A stretch of DNA of 43,694 nt from Octopus bimaculoides. Taxonomy: Eukaryota. The stretch's first letter is position 1. The number at the start of each line of letters is the position of its first letter. The translations under genes were made by a program, and so were the position numbers. The stretch is from contig NC_068986.1 in NCBI RefSeq assembly GCF_001194135.2, forward strand, positions 101,185,556-101,229,249, given 5' to 3'. Positions 1 through 11,649 of the stretch are shown here, piece by piece. The notes beneath the pieces were generated by a model. It made no database searches. It saw only the letters and a list, made by a program, of their open reading frames with translations, and was not told where the DNA came from.

Positions 1-25
1 TATATATATATATATATATATATAT
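1..25. repeat. (TA)n microsatellite
   Basis: Direct reading of the sequence. Confidence 0.95.
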
Positions 26-116
26 GGGAGAAAGTACGAAAAAAACAACGATAGACGAGGACAGGTGGTGTAAACAACAAAAGGATGTATTAGTATGACG
101 CTCGGGAATACGGAAA

Positions 117-155
117 CTCTTTAACGTTTCGAGCTACGCTCTTCAACAGAAAGAA
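117..155 (-). ncRNA. Minimal type I hammerhead-like motif (A6U core variant)
   Basis: Minus strand reads UUCUUU-CUGUUGA-A-GAGC(GUA)GCUC-GAAAC-GUU-AAAGAG: 6-bp stem I, 4-bp stem II, palindromic ACGU stem III. The core differs from CUGANGA at position 6. Confidence 0.65.
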
Positions 156-444
156 TACGGAGACAAGGAGAAAAAACACGGAGAAAAAAAATTGAATAGT
201 GTTCCGTCAACGACGTACACTACACTCAATATTATATTAGGAGATTATTATTAGAATTGGTAAACACAAAATTAGTCGTATCACATGCCTCAAAATTGAA
301 CGACGATTAGGAAAATAATGGATCACACAAATTACCAGAAATAGCTGTAGACAGCTGTAAATATGCACTTTTCTGTCAATATATAGATAAACATATTTAA
401 CGTTAATAATGGTTACTGATTTTGCCGCAATGGAAGCAGTTTTG

Positions 445-622
445 GAGTAAGGGTTGAGTCGATTACATCGACCCCAGTGTTCAACTGATACATATTTTAT
501 CGAACCTCAAAATATGAAAGGCGAAGTCGGCACGGCGGAATTTGAACTCAGAACGTAGTGACGCACGTATTAGTCCTTAGCATTTTGTCCTGCGCGCTAA
601 CGATTCTGCCAGCTCTCTGCCC
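445..622 (-). mobile_element. tRNA-derived SINE (family A), degenerate
   Basis: Minus strand has an A-box-like TGGCAGAATCG and a B-box GTTCAAATTCC. The body (gtcgattacatcgaccccagtg...) is shared with many copies in this window. Confidence 0.9.
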
Positions 623-1360
623 CATATTTGGCGATCATAATGCATTCTCGTTCTTTATTACAATCTATTCAATAAACAAGCTTACAAATTAAAAGCATAC
701 ATTTAAAAAATCGAGTCGTCTCCATGTTTCAATATATCAAGAGATATTAGACAATAATTGTCTACATTAAAATGTACTCAAATTTGCAAATAATTCACTA
801 TTTCACGAAAAATTACTTCGCAAAATCATCAATATGTAAAAGAAATATTTAGTGGCAGATTTGTAAAATGTTTTAATATTCCCTTCGTCTAGGGAACGGG
901 TGATATGTTTATATGTATATATTCTATTTCAATACCATATATACATTGCAATAAATTCACCAGAAAAGAATACACCATTGGCAATTTATTTGGTGAGTGA
1001 AGCTATATAATATAAGTGTAATTTAGAATAATTTTGTATTACAATAAGTTGAATTGTAATATATTATAATAATTTGCTTCAAGATAAACTGAGATATTAA
1101 GCTTACGTAAGCAGGAGTGAGCAGACAATAATTCTTAGTTAGTAAACTGTGGTAATTAAAACGTGATGCCTTGTGATACAAGTGACAATAAAATGATGGT
1201 TTTCTAAGTTTATGCATCACGTGTCTTGCAACACATGCTAAGGTTTTGTCTCCGGCACTAAATATAGGGAAATATTTTCACCGGTATTGATAGAATATAG
1301 TCAACTAAATATTTAAAATGGAATACTCGTCTCTGGGAACATCATAGGTGTTCACATATA

Positions 1361-2410
1361 TTCGTTTCTACTCTAGGCACAAGGCCCGAAATTTTAGGGG
1401 AGGTGGCTAGTCGATTAGATATACCCCAGTGCGCTACTTGTGCTTAATTTATCGATCCCAAAGGTTGAAAAGTAAAGTAGACACATGAAGTACAGCTAAG
1501 CATTTCCCACTGGCGTGCAAATGATTCTGCCAGCTCGACACCTCAATTCAAATATATTCTCTTCTACTCTAGGTACAAGGACCGAAATTTTAAGGGAGGA
1601 GGTCAGTCGATTAGATTGACCCAAGGATGACAGGCAAAATCGACCACGGCGGAATTTGAACGCAGAACGTAAAGACAGACAAAATACCGCTAAGCATTTC
1701 GCCCGGCGTGCAAACGATTCTGCCAGCTCGACGCCTTGGTTCAAATATATTCATTTGTACTCTAGGTACGTGGCTCGAAATTTTAGGGGACGGGGTCAGT
1801 CAATCAGATCGACACAGTACGTAACTGGTACTTAATTTATCGACCCCGAAAGGATGACAGGCAATGTCGACTACGGCGGAATTTGAACTGAGAAAGTAAA
1901 GACAGACAAAATATCACTAAGCATTTCGCCCGGCATCCTAACGATTCTGCCAGCTCGCCGCCTGAGTTCAAATATATTCTTTTCTTTTCTCGGCACAATG
2001 CCCGAAATTTTGTGGGGAGGGGCCAGCCAATTAGAACGACACAGTACGTAACTGGTATTTGATTTATCGACCTCGAAAGGATGACAGGCTCAGTCGATCA
2101 CGGCGGAATTTGAACTCATAACGTAAAGACAGACGAAATACCGCTAAACGTTTCGCCGGGCGTGTTAACGTTTGTTATTTCTTTATTGCCCACAAGGGGC
2201 TAAACGCAGAGGGGACAAACAATGACAGGCAAAGAGATTAATCATTACATCAGCCCAAGTGCGTAACTGGTACTTAACTAATCGACCCCGGAAGGATGAA
2301 AGGCAAAGTCGACCTCGGCGGAATGTGAACTCAGAACGTAACGGCATGCTATCGTTTTCCCCGGCGTGCCTTCGTTTCTGCCAGCTCGCCACGTTAGTTC
2401 ACATATATTC
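1361..2410 (-). mobile_element. Head-to-tail array of five family-A SINEs
   Basis: Units at about 1361-1558, 1559-1751, 1752-1978, 1979-2180 and 2181-2410. All carry the same SINE body with different internal deletions, and most junctions carry ttca(a/c)atatatt. Confidence 0.93.
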
Positions 2411-2434
2411 TGACTTTATTTCTCTTCCCCATTT

Positions 2435-3221
2435 ATGGGTGAAGTAATGAATAATAGACCAGCGCAAGTGGGCAGTTATTCTGCAGTGACTGGCAAAAGC
2501 GTGTCAGTAGAGTTACTGCAAGTTCGTGAAATAGAATTTAAAGACAAGAAATTCAAGAAGTATAACGACCTGTTGAAAAAACAGGGAGACTGTCTTAGGA
2601 TGACGCCTCCCAGAGACGTTATTGAGAATCCCGAGACTATTATCTACAAAACGTTAAAAAAAGCAACGAAGAAAGTAGAAATAGCAGCGACGGAAGCTGT
2701 AGAGGAGTGTTTGAGAGAGGTGAAGGACTGTCCCACGTTCTACACTAGAGGACGGAAATTCCGCACGGTGGAGAGGCGCCTTGTAAACGAAAATGAAGCA
2801 AAGAAGTACTCCACTGTGGCCTTGAGATTCAATTGAGTGGGCACTATTTCATACTTACTGTGATAAACATGCACCCAGAGTAAGGATAGGTAAAGTGCTC
2901 CCTGAAATTGTCAAGGCATGGCTGGTGGCAGCCATCCTCTACGATATAGAGGAAGATGCAGAAATTTTGAAAAGATTTAAAACTACGGAGGTAAACTGCT
3001 GGGGAAATGGGCTAGAGATGACAATGCATATACGTCTGCCAGACCTCCATAAGATTGTGGAAGAGCTGGTTTTGCCGGATAAGACTATATTGAGGATTGT
3101 TGTGGAGGGTAGACCTCCAATATGTTTGTTGTGTGGAGTAAGGGGACACATGAAAGCCAAGTGTCCCCAAGTAATACGAGGAGGAAATAACAGAAAAAGT
3201 AATTCAAGAAGAAGAGTGTAA
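2435..3221 (+). pseudogene. LINE ORF1 (gag-like) with zinc knuckle, frameshifted
   Basis: ORFs 2435-2836 and 2895-3221 join by a frameshift. CLLCGVRGHMKAKC fits CX2CX4HX4C and is followed by a basic low-complexity tail. Confidence 0.8.
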
Positions 3222-4089
3222 CAGCCATAGATGAAGAGAAAATGGAGGAGTCATTTACGGTGGTGAAAACAAAAAATGAATTTAGAATCACCACCAAAAA
3301 GCTCCAAGGAGAAAAAAAGAAAGACAAACGAAGAGGAAAATAAGAAAGAAAAGAGAAAAAATGGAAAACCAAATGAAAAATGTAGTGAAATGCGAACGCA
3401 CGAAACGTCGCCTTCAACTAGCAAGGAAGGGGTACGAAAGAAGGAAGGAGACTAAAAAGACAGCAAATTAGAGGAAGGGGCATTTATGACGGACAAAGAG
3501 AGTGGTAAAGGATATCAGAGAACGATATCTATAGGGAGAAACTTAAGAAGCCTCATAGTATATGAAGAAAGCGTCGAAACTGAAAATAGAGTAACAAAAA
3601 TGAAAAATATTATCGGAAGAAGGGTGTACTGTTGCAGGAGTGGTTAGTAGAAATATTTTGGGAAAAGAGTTGAAATAACACCATTTCAGTATAGATACGA
3701 CCAGTTGTCGGCTGTTGTAGTTTTTGACGATATAATGCAGCATTTATTGTGATTGTGTGTTAAGGAAAAGATACAAGACTGTAAAGTAAAACTGTAATTT
3801 AAAAAACAGTAAAATAGAATTACATACTTTGGTGGGTAGGAAAGCCATTTCGTTCTCATTTTAATTATACTCCTAATTCATCCGATATGTATTTTCGTGT
3901 ACCCCAATGTATTACTTTGTCTGTCCCTGTGCTGTCTCCGTAGTGCCAAAATAAAGAAAGTAGTGTCGTACGAGCGGCAAGTTCATTTGAACGAGATGCT
4001 GTATTTGGTGGTTTTACTTTTCAGTGGTATTGTCGTTGTTTGAATTGATTAGCTTGTTAAATTGTAGCCTGCTTGGCAGGTATTGTGTT

Positions 4090-4440
4090 TGAAGTTCTGT
4101 TCCTTCCTTCCTAAGGGGCGTGGGGAGATTGTAATATTTACTACAGTCTGTTTTGGACAATTTTTATTGAACTGTGTTCCTTCCCCAGACGGGGAAAGGA
4201 TATGAACTGTCTATTTTGATTCTCTTACGAGAGAAAATTTATCTTCAGAATTACACGTTTGTGAACTGTTTTCATTAAACTGTATTCCCGCCCCGACGGG
4301 GGAAGGATTTGTAATGTTTACTCTTGTGTCTCTCTGACGAGGAAAACTTTATTTTCCATTTTTTTTGTCACTGAATTGCACATTTGTGAACTGTTTTAAT
4401 CTAAAACTGTGTTCCTCCCCCAACGGGAGAGGATTTGAAA
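4090..4440 (+). repeat. Four diverged tandem units (about 80-130 bp), each with a GC-rich hairpin
   Basis: ttccttcctaaggggcg (about 4100), ttccttccccagacggggaaagga (4177-4200), ttcccgccccgacgggggaagga (4285-4307), ttcctcccccaacgggagagga (4412-4433). Confidence 0.75.
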
Positions 4441-4719
4441 CTATTTTGGAGTATTACCTACTAAAAAAAAAAAAAAAAATTTGTACTTTTCTCTCTGAAA
4501 GAGAAAATTGTTTTCTGTTATGTCGGTAGAAATTGTTAAGAAATAAATGCCGCTCTTTGAGCGCGAAGATGCACCACACGAAGAGATGGAAGTATCAAAT
4601 ATAACAAAAGGATTCGCGGCACCTAAGAAAATCAAAATAGAAATAATAGAAATAACATGTGCAGAACTACAGTCAAACTTCGGCATGTTAAAATCAAAAA
4701 AGAGCGACAGCCAAATCTC

Positions 4720-5990
4720 TCCCCCATGACCTCAGGTCACAAGATATAGAACTGATGGTGGCTACAGAGGTCAAGCTGGAAGGTTACAAGCCTTCTCGAT
4801 TCTCTTGAATGGCTATGAGAAAATCATGTCCCCTTGCCAGACCGGATGTCGAGGAGACGTAATAGTTCTGCTCCAAAAAGTACAATCTTTATAGAGACTA
4901 AAGTGGGGCTGATTGTCCTTGACTTGACATGCAGCAATAAAAATTTCAGGTTGGTTGGATTTTATGCACCTGGTGTAAAAAGTAAACAGACTGATTTCTA
5001 TCGGTGCCTCGAGGATTTTCTCCTGACGTCCAAGACATTCGTTGCGTTAGGAGATGCACAGCGTGCATCACACTGTACTGGATGCCCGTCGGGATAACTG
5101 TGGCTTGACTGGTAGGAGTGTTAACTCACGCCTCGCCGATCCGCTTAAGCACTTTCAGCTGGCAGATCGTTAAGGACTTGATCACACGAGCGTCCCAGTG
5201 TGGACCTGGATGAGTGACACGGGACGCTCAAGTCTTATATACATAGGATAAGGCTAGTTTTAGTTGCCAATAATCTGTTCAGGTCTCCGACACAGATCAC
5301 AAATTAGTGACCTGTAGGGTGCAAATAGATGAACATATAGACGAGGATCCGCTACTGGAAGCTAAACAAGTCTAGGTTGGCTTGCGAGGCATACTGTAGC
5401 CGCATTAAGCAGTTAGTGATGAGGGAATTAACCGTTTTAAATAACGGGTAGAAATTTGCCCTTAAAAGAGCCATCCGATGTGAGTCTATTAGATTTAGCC
5501 AGCAGCTAATTTTACTTTGGGCCAGGGTAGAAAGGAACTTTGTTAAGGCCTTCCCAAATTTTGGCAGAGAGAATGGCCTAAGACCCTTACTTCAGAGCCA
5601 AACATGAGGTCTGCAGAATTCCAGCTGAAGTTCATGCATTGGGTCGCGAAGGAATTAATGTTGCCGGGTGGGCACAATCGGTATAAACCCAGCGTGGCGA
5701 TGATGCTACGATTAGGGCTTTGGTTGAGGAAGATAGGCGTTTGATCGAAGGACAGGATGAGATATATGAGGGTTTTTTTACAAGTACTCTGCCGTGTTGT
5801 TCGGGTGGGGCGGTGCGCTGGACGATCGTAAGGCCGTACGGGACTTCCTGGTTGGTGGGCCGAGTCTCTCGGCACGAGAGTCTGAAAGTGTGATGCACTC
5901 GTCACGGCTGCAGAGGTTGTTGAGGTACTCTCCGAGTGCCCTGGGGACAAATCACCGGGACTTGATGGTCTGCCCTATGAGTTTTATAAA
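4720..5990 (+). pseudogene. LINE ORF2 remnant: APE endonuclease plus start of RT
   Basis: Across frameshifts: ATEVKL, FRLVGFYAP, VALGD, WTW, DTDHKLV (SDH-like), YWKLNKS, SPGLDGLPYEFY. The sequence then jumps to the 3' UTR. Confidence 0.85.
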
Positions 5991-6337
5991 AGCATGGCAG
6001 ATTTTTCTGTCACCTATTGGTAGGTGGAGCCAGCGGAAAATAAAAGGTATCATGTCTGGCTTCGACTGGACATGATGTTTAAATTTCTAAAATCCATACA
6101 ATTGTAAACCATCCGACATAGCCCCAGCACCTGTTGATGTTTTTTTATGCATTGTCGTCCTTGTCTGTCACCTCTTCGTTGAGCCCATGTGGCCAAATAA
6201 AATAAATAAAAGAAACAGTCTGTGAATGTACGCCGTTCGGACCAGTCCTGTAGGGACGACGAAGTACGTCGTCGTCACGGGACATAATTGTGGCAACGAG
6301 GGTTCGGACAATATCACCACTGAGACATATCACAATA

Positions 6338-6340
<3 letters not shown>

Positions 6341-6412
<72 letters not shown>
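6341..6412. repeat. (CA)n microsatellite
   Basis: Direct reading of the sequence. Confidence 0.95.
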
Positions 6413-6417
<5 letters not shown>

Positions 6418-6902
6418 TGCCTGAATACATATGTGAATTCATATATATAGATATACCCAGAAATGCAAGCACTCATTCGTACATTCATTCATATGCCTAG
6501 TGTAAGAATGAATATACATATGTAGACATCCACATTGTGTGAGTGTCGACGAGCATTTGGATGCATTAAACTAGCATTAAATCGATTGCAGAATTTAAAT
6601 ACATTTGATGATAACATTTATTATTAGTTGATGCAACTAATGTAGTGGTGGTGGTGATGATGACGATGGTGATGATATTTCCATTAACGTAAGCCAAAAG
6701 CCTGAACATTTGTGGGGATTTGACCGATAGAAATGCGTCAAATAAATGACTGCCAGCTCTTCTTATTAACTCTGGAGTGATGCCAAACAAAGACGACGTT
6801 GTCTTCGTTCAAAATCAGAACCCAAAGTGATACCTGAAAGAAATTTCCGGACTACAACCATATAACACCTGGATATTAAAATAAATATTCAAGATCTGTG
6901 CA

Positions 6903-7304
6903 GGCGCAGGAGTGGCTGTGTGGTAAGTAGCTTGCTTACCAACCACATGGATCCGGGTTCAGCCCCACTGCGTTGCACCTTGGGCAAGTGTCTTCTACTC
7001 GGGCCGACCAAAGCCTTGTGAGTGGATTTGGTAGACGGAAACTGGAAGAAGTCCGTCGTATATATGTATATATATGTATGTGTTTGTGTGTCTGTGTTTG
7101 TCCCCCCCCCCAGCATCGCTTGACAACCGATGCTGGTGTGTTCACGTCCCTGTAACTTAGCGGTTCGGCAAAAAGTGACCCGATAGAATAAGTACTAGGC
7201 TTACAAAGAATAAGTCCTGGGGTCGATTTGATTCGACTAAAGGCGGTGCTCCAGCATGGCCGCAGTCAAATGACTGAAACAAGTAAAAGAGTAAAAGAGT
7301 AAGA
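6903..7304 (+). mobile_element. Full-length tRNA-derived SINE (family B) with internal microsatellite
   Basis: tRNA-like head (gtggctgtgtggtaag...gggttcagcccca), cttgggcaagtgtcttct core, internal (TA/TG)n, and 3' end ccagcatggccgcagtcaaatgactgaaacaa with a (gtaaaaga)n tail. Confidence 0.9.
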
Positions 7305-7560
7305 GAGATGCCTGTTAGATATTACCTTTTGCATATTTTTACAAATACACCAATTTGACGTACCATTCCGAAAATGTTGGAGAATGTATACTTCAATAAG
7401 TTGTATTACGTGAAATTTAGCGTCTTAATAACTTGCACAGAAATAATTATGTAAAACAAATGAAAATAGATTTTTAAAAAAATTGTATTCGTTAGCGTCT
7501 TACCGAAATTATCACCGAATAACCTTACGTGACAAAACTAACACTTACGTTAGAGAAAGT

Positions 7561-7800
7561 GGAGGTACATGGCTCAGCAGTTAGAGTGTCAGGTTTATAA
7601 TCATGAGTTAATGAGTGCGATGTGTTGTGTTCCTGAGCAAGACACCTTATTTCACTTTGATCCAGCCCACTCAGCTGTAGAAATGAGTTGCAACGTCGCT
7701 GGTACCAAGCTGTATTGGCCTTTATTTTTCCCTTTGAAAACATCACTATCGTGGAGAGAGGAGACTGGGTTGCATGGAGGACTGCTGGTCTCCCATGAAT
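7561..7800 (+). mobile_element. Degenerate SINE (family C)
   Basis: A-box-like tggctcagcagttagag followed by a gtgttgtgttcctgagcaagacac core of the kind seen in metazoan SINEs. Confidence 0.65.
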
Positions 7801-8393
7801 AAGTTTACCTGGATTTCGAGGTGCAATCGCATAATCGTTTATGACTGAAAGCGAGGATGGTCTTTACCATTTGCACTTTTACGTGAAAGGTTATAACAGC
7901 TTCTATATTTAAGTGAGTATCTTCCAAGTAATTTAGAATAATGCATTATCTATTTCAAATCTCTATCTCAGAAATGTTCTGAATATTATCTACAATAATT
8001 TGAAAACAATCTTGTAGCATTCTCGGATGAATATCAAGTTTAGGAAATAATATATCTTTAGTCAGCAAAGAATAGAGTAAAAATCAAATCGTAAACTGAT
8101 TTGTTTTGCATTTTATAACGAACGAGAATTATAAGAAACATGAAAGGAAATTTACACCTTCTTGAAAGAGATTAATATCTATAATCTGAAGATCCATTTC
8201 AACTTGGTAATTGATGAAAAAACACAAACTCTGGATACCAAACATTATTATTTAGCTTTTGAAAACGATAACTTTAAATATATAGAAGTCTTGAATCTCG
8301 TACATTTAGTGGAGCCCGCAAAGTAATTCAGCTACCACGTTATAGAAGAAAGTTCTATAAAATCGATGAAAGGAAATTGAACGGAGTTTCAAA

Positions 8394-8458
8394 TGAAATA
8401 TTGAAAACGGAACCAACAAAGAATATAAAACGCCATTTGACCGAAATGATCAATTTCA
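8394..8458 (+). ncRNA. Degenerate U3-A8 hammerhead-like motif
   Basis: UGAAAU(A)-UUGAAAA-C-GG...CC-GAAA-UGAU-C-(A)AUUUCA: 6-bp stem I with an A.A mismatch at the junction; stem II only 2 bp. Confidence 0.35.
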
Positions 8459-8520
8459 AACAATCTTTGCGAAATGTGCGCCCGCGCGTCTGTATGCATC
8501 TATATATGTATGGATCTATC

Positions 8521-8524
<4 letters not shown>

Positions 8525-8581
<57 letters not shown>

Positions 8582-8747
8582 TTATCTATATATGACTGTA
8601 TGCATGTTTAAGCATGTATACTTGGGTGTATGAATGTCTGTCAGTATATAGGTGTGTATGTGTATATATGTACATAACTATGCATATATATTTTTGATGT
8701 ATACATGTATATGTATATATATGTATATATAATATCTATCTATCTAC

Positions 8748-8796
<49 letters not shown>

Positions 8797-8815
8797 CATG
8801 TATGTATGTATGTAT
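8525..8815. repeat. (TA)n and (TATG)n microsatellite cluster
   Basis: Direct reading of the sequence. Confidence 0.9.
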
Positions 8816-9593
8816 ATCCTGAGAGAGGGGGAGAGGTAAGAGACCTTATGACATTGTTAATAAATCTGGGATACGGTATAAGTAGCGGATTGAAGTATGC
8901 AGAAGGCTTTGCGACTTGGAAAACGCCAAAAATATGTAAAAAGAATATCTCGTCGATGCGTGGGTTAAGCGAATACGATCTATGAGAGAGGGAAGGTGAC
9001 AGTATATTGTGGCAAGGCGAGAATTGAAAGAAGAAAAGATTCAATATCAATCGAGTGAAAGTGAGCAAAGGATTTTTAAACAATAGAAATAATAGATTGT
9101 AAAAGAATATAGAACATGAAAAAGAACTGGACAAAACTGGAGATAGGAAATGCACTAAGAATTAGTGACGAGAAAGGGGAGGAGGGGAAGAGGCATGGGA
9201 GGAGATAGTTGGCAAGAGAAAGAGAATGGAAATTTCTAGCTCTTTAAAGCAAAGAAATGCAATATGACACAAAAGCTATAGGTGAATGTTAGCAAGATGA
9301 TGTAAAAGAAGGAGAGATACATAGATGTAATATACAGGTAAATGAACGTTAATAGAAAAACCCCACGCTCACATACACACGCACACACAGAGAAACGCAC
9401 TTATATCTAAATGTCTCTAACATAATTTCGGCTCTTCTCTTTCACTCGCTCTATATATCTTGAGGTTGATTTTTGTGTGTATGTGTGTGTTTGTGTGTGT
9501 GTTTGTGTGTGTGTGAGTGAGAGAAATTGACTATGAAATCTGGGCGGCATATCGATTCAGAGGTAATAACATATACATTAAAATATAAATAGG

Positions 9594-9757
9594 TGCAGGC
9601 GTGGGTGTCTGGAAAGAAGATTGTTTCCAAATGACATGGTTCCGTGTTCAATGTCACGCTACTTTGGGCGAGTGTCTGCAACTATATCCTGAGGTCTAAA
9701 GCCAACCGGAGACTTGTGAGCGGATCTCGTTGAATGAAACTCATAGAAACCCGTTGC
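9594..9757 (+). mobile_element. 5' half of a family-B SINE, degenerate
   Basis: Alignable by eye to 6903-7060 and ends in the internal microsatellite. Confidence 0.75.
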
Positions 9758-9794
<37 letters not shown>

Positions 9795-9881
9795 CGTGCG
9801 TGTGTGTGTGTGTGTGTGCGTGTGTGTGTGTGTGTGTGTATACGCATATATATATGTACATGTAGAAGCTGCCTCACGCAC

Positions 9882-10168
9882 CTCTTGCAGCATTATGACT
9901 AGGTCCAGAAGCAGCTACTTTACCATTCAAATGTTGATGTGATATATATCAATTTCGCCAAGGCCTTTGACAAAGTTGATCATGGCATGATATGTCACAA
10001 GCTGCGAAACGTTGGCATAGGTGGCAAATTAGGAGAGTGGCTGCATAACTTCCTGTATGGTAGACAGTTGCAGCCAATGGAGAATTATCTAGGCAAGCGC
10101 AAATATTGAGCCGTGTTCCACAAGGAACTTCCTGGGGCCCACTACTGTTCATAGTAGCCTTTCTGGAC
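9882..10168 (+). pseudogene. CR1/L2-type reverse transcriptase fragment
   Basis: Translates to VDVIYINFAKAFDKVDH...GEWLHNFL...VPQGTSWGPLLF, matching RT motifs DFxKAFD and GVPQGSxLGPLLF. It contains a stop and an indel. Confidence 0.9.
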
Positions 10169-10376
10169 GAAGAATATGATGGAATAATTACCCGACTTAC
10201 GTAGAAAATTTGCTTGGTTCGATTGCTTTGGCTAACTCCTTACTTACACGGTGCTCTAGGATGGCCGTTGCGAAATTACTGAAAAAAATTACAGAGAGAC
10301 ATGGTGAGTGTCAAAGATATGTTTACGTTTTTATATATGTATATATGTGCATTTATGTTGTATATATATATATATA

Positions 10377-10413
<37 letters not shown>

Positions 10414-10549
10414 ATTTGTGTGTGTCTGTACATATACACACGCGCACACATATACGTACACTTATGCCTAAATACTCATACATAAAGTCAGATGAAGAGA
10501 GAGTAAGAGAGAGAGCAGCAAAAATAATTGTCATATACATACATATCTA

Positions 10550-10611
<62 letters not shown>

Positions 10612-10946
10612 NNNNNNNNNNNNNNNNNNNNNNNNNNNNNNNNNNNNNNNNNNNNNNNNNNNNNNNNNNNNNNNNNNNNNNNNNNNNNNNNNNNNNNNNN
10701 NNNNNNNNNNNNNNNNNNNNNNNNNNNNNNNNNNNNNNNNNNNNNNNNNNNNNNNNNNNNNNNNNNNNNNNNNNNNNNNNNNNNNNNNNNNNNNNNNNNN
10801 NNNNNNNNNNNNNNNNNNNNNNNNNNNNNNNNNNNNNNNNNNNNNNNNNNNNNNNNNNNNNNNNNNNNNNNNNNNNNNNNNNNNNNNNNNNNNNNNNNNN
10901 NNNNNNNNNNNNNNNNNNNNNNNNNNNNNNNNNNNNNNNNNNNNNN
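10612..10946. other. Assembly gap (N), flanked by (CT)n/(TA)n and (AG)n
   Basis: N run. Confidence 0.99.
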
Positions 10947-11015
<69 letters not shown>

Positions 11016-11481
11016 GGAAGTGAGAGCGAGTTACAGACTGACGTATTTTTAATTCAAGCGTATTATACTTATTAATGATGCATTTACTTGAGAACATTAT
11101 TTCCAAATTCAGTACTTGATTTTCGTTTCACTACTCAAACATTATTTATATGGATGCTTGAAGTGCGTCTACTGTTTGTGAGGCTAAGATCTCTTAATCA
11201 AATAGATTTTACGTCGCTATATCATACTGTTGTTAGTAATACATGTAATTGTTTTTATGCCGTACTTTCTCATTTAATATACTCTAGAATAAGGATTTAT
11301 TAACACGAGTAATTCGATATGCGTCAATTTTATAAATGTATTGCAGATTTCCTATCACTTCTATGTATTCTACAGTTGTCTGAACGACTTACTGTGAATA
11401 TATATGTAAATACAATATATTGTACATAATAGTGAATCATCTATCTAGTTATGTGAGATGTCTGCAAATTCTTGTGTGTGA

Positions 11482-11525
<44 letters not shown>

Positions 11526-11649
11526 TGTCACACATTCGTTGTGGTTTCTTTTATAAGTTAACTTTGATAATTTTGATAGCTTTCGACCAGTATAATCCCA
11601 GTATATGTCTAACTAAATAGCAACACCTGGTGGAATCTTTTAGTCACAT

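Larger units (their letters stand above)
2411..6212 (+). mobile_element. Tx1/L1-clade LINE, degenerate, most of the RT deleted
   Basis: ORF1 remnant with a CCHC knuckle; ORF2 APE motifs; RT-entry motif SPGLDGLPYEFY; 3' end gcccatgtggcc followed by aataa repeats. Confidence 0.85.

Noticed and set aside
1361-2410. Regular array suggestive of a CRISPR array or tRNA gene cluster
   Set aside because: Units are about 200-bp SINE copies with no unique spacers and no complete cloverleaf; the context is eukaryotic.
3381-3412. tagtgaaatgcgaacgcacgaaacgtc resembles a hammerhead (GAAACGUC)
   Set aside because: No CUGANGA or UUGANAA core and no stem I; lies within the LINE ORF1 tail.
4331-4350. CTGACGA-GGAAAAC
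   Set aside because: No stem II or cleavage triplet, and not conserved in the neighbouring repeat units.
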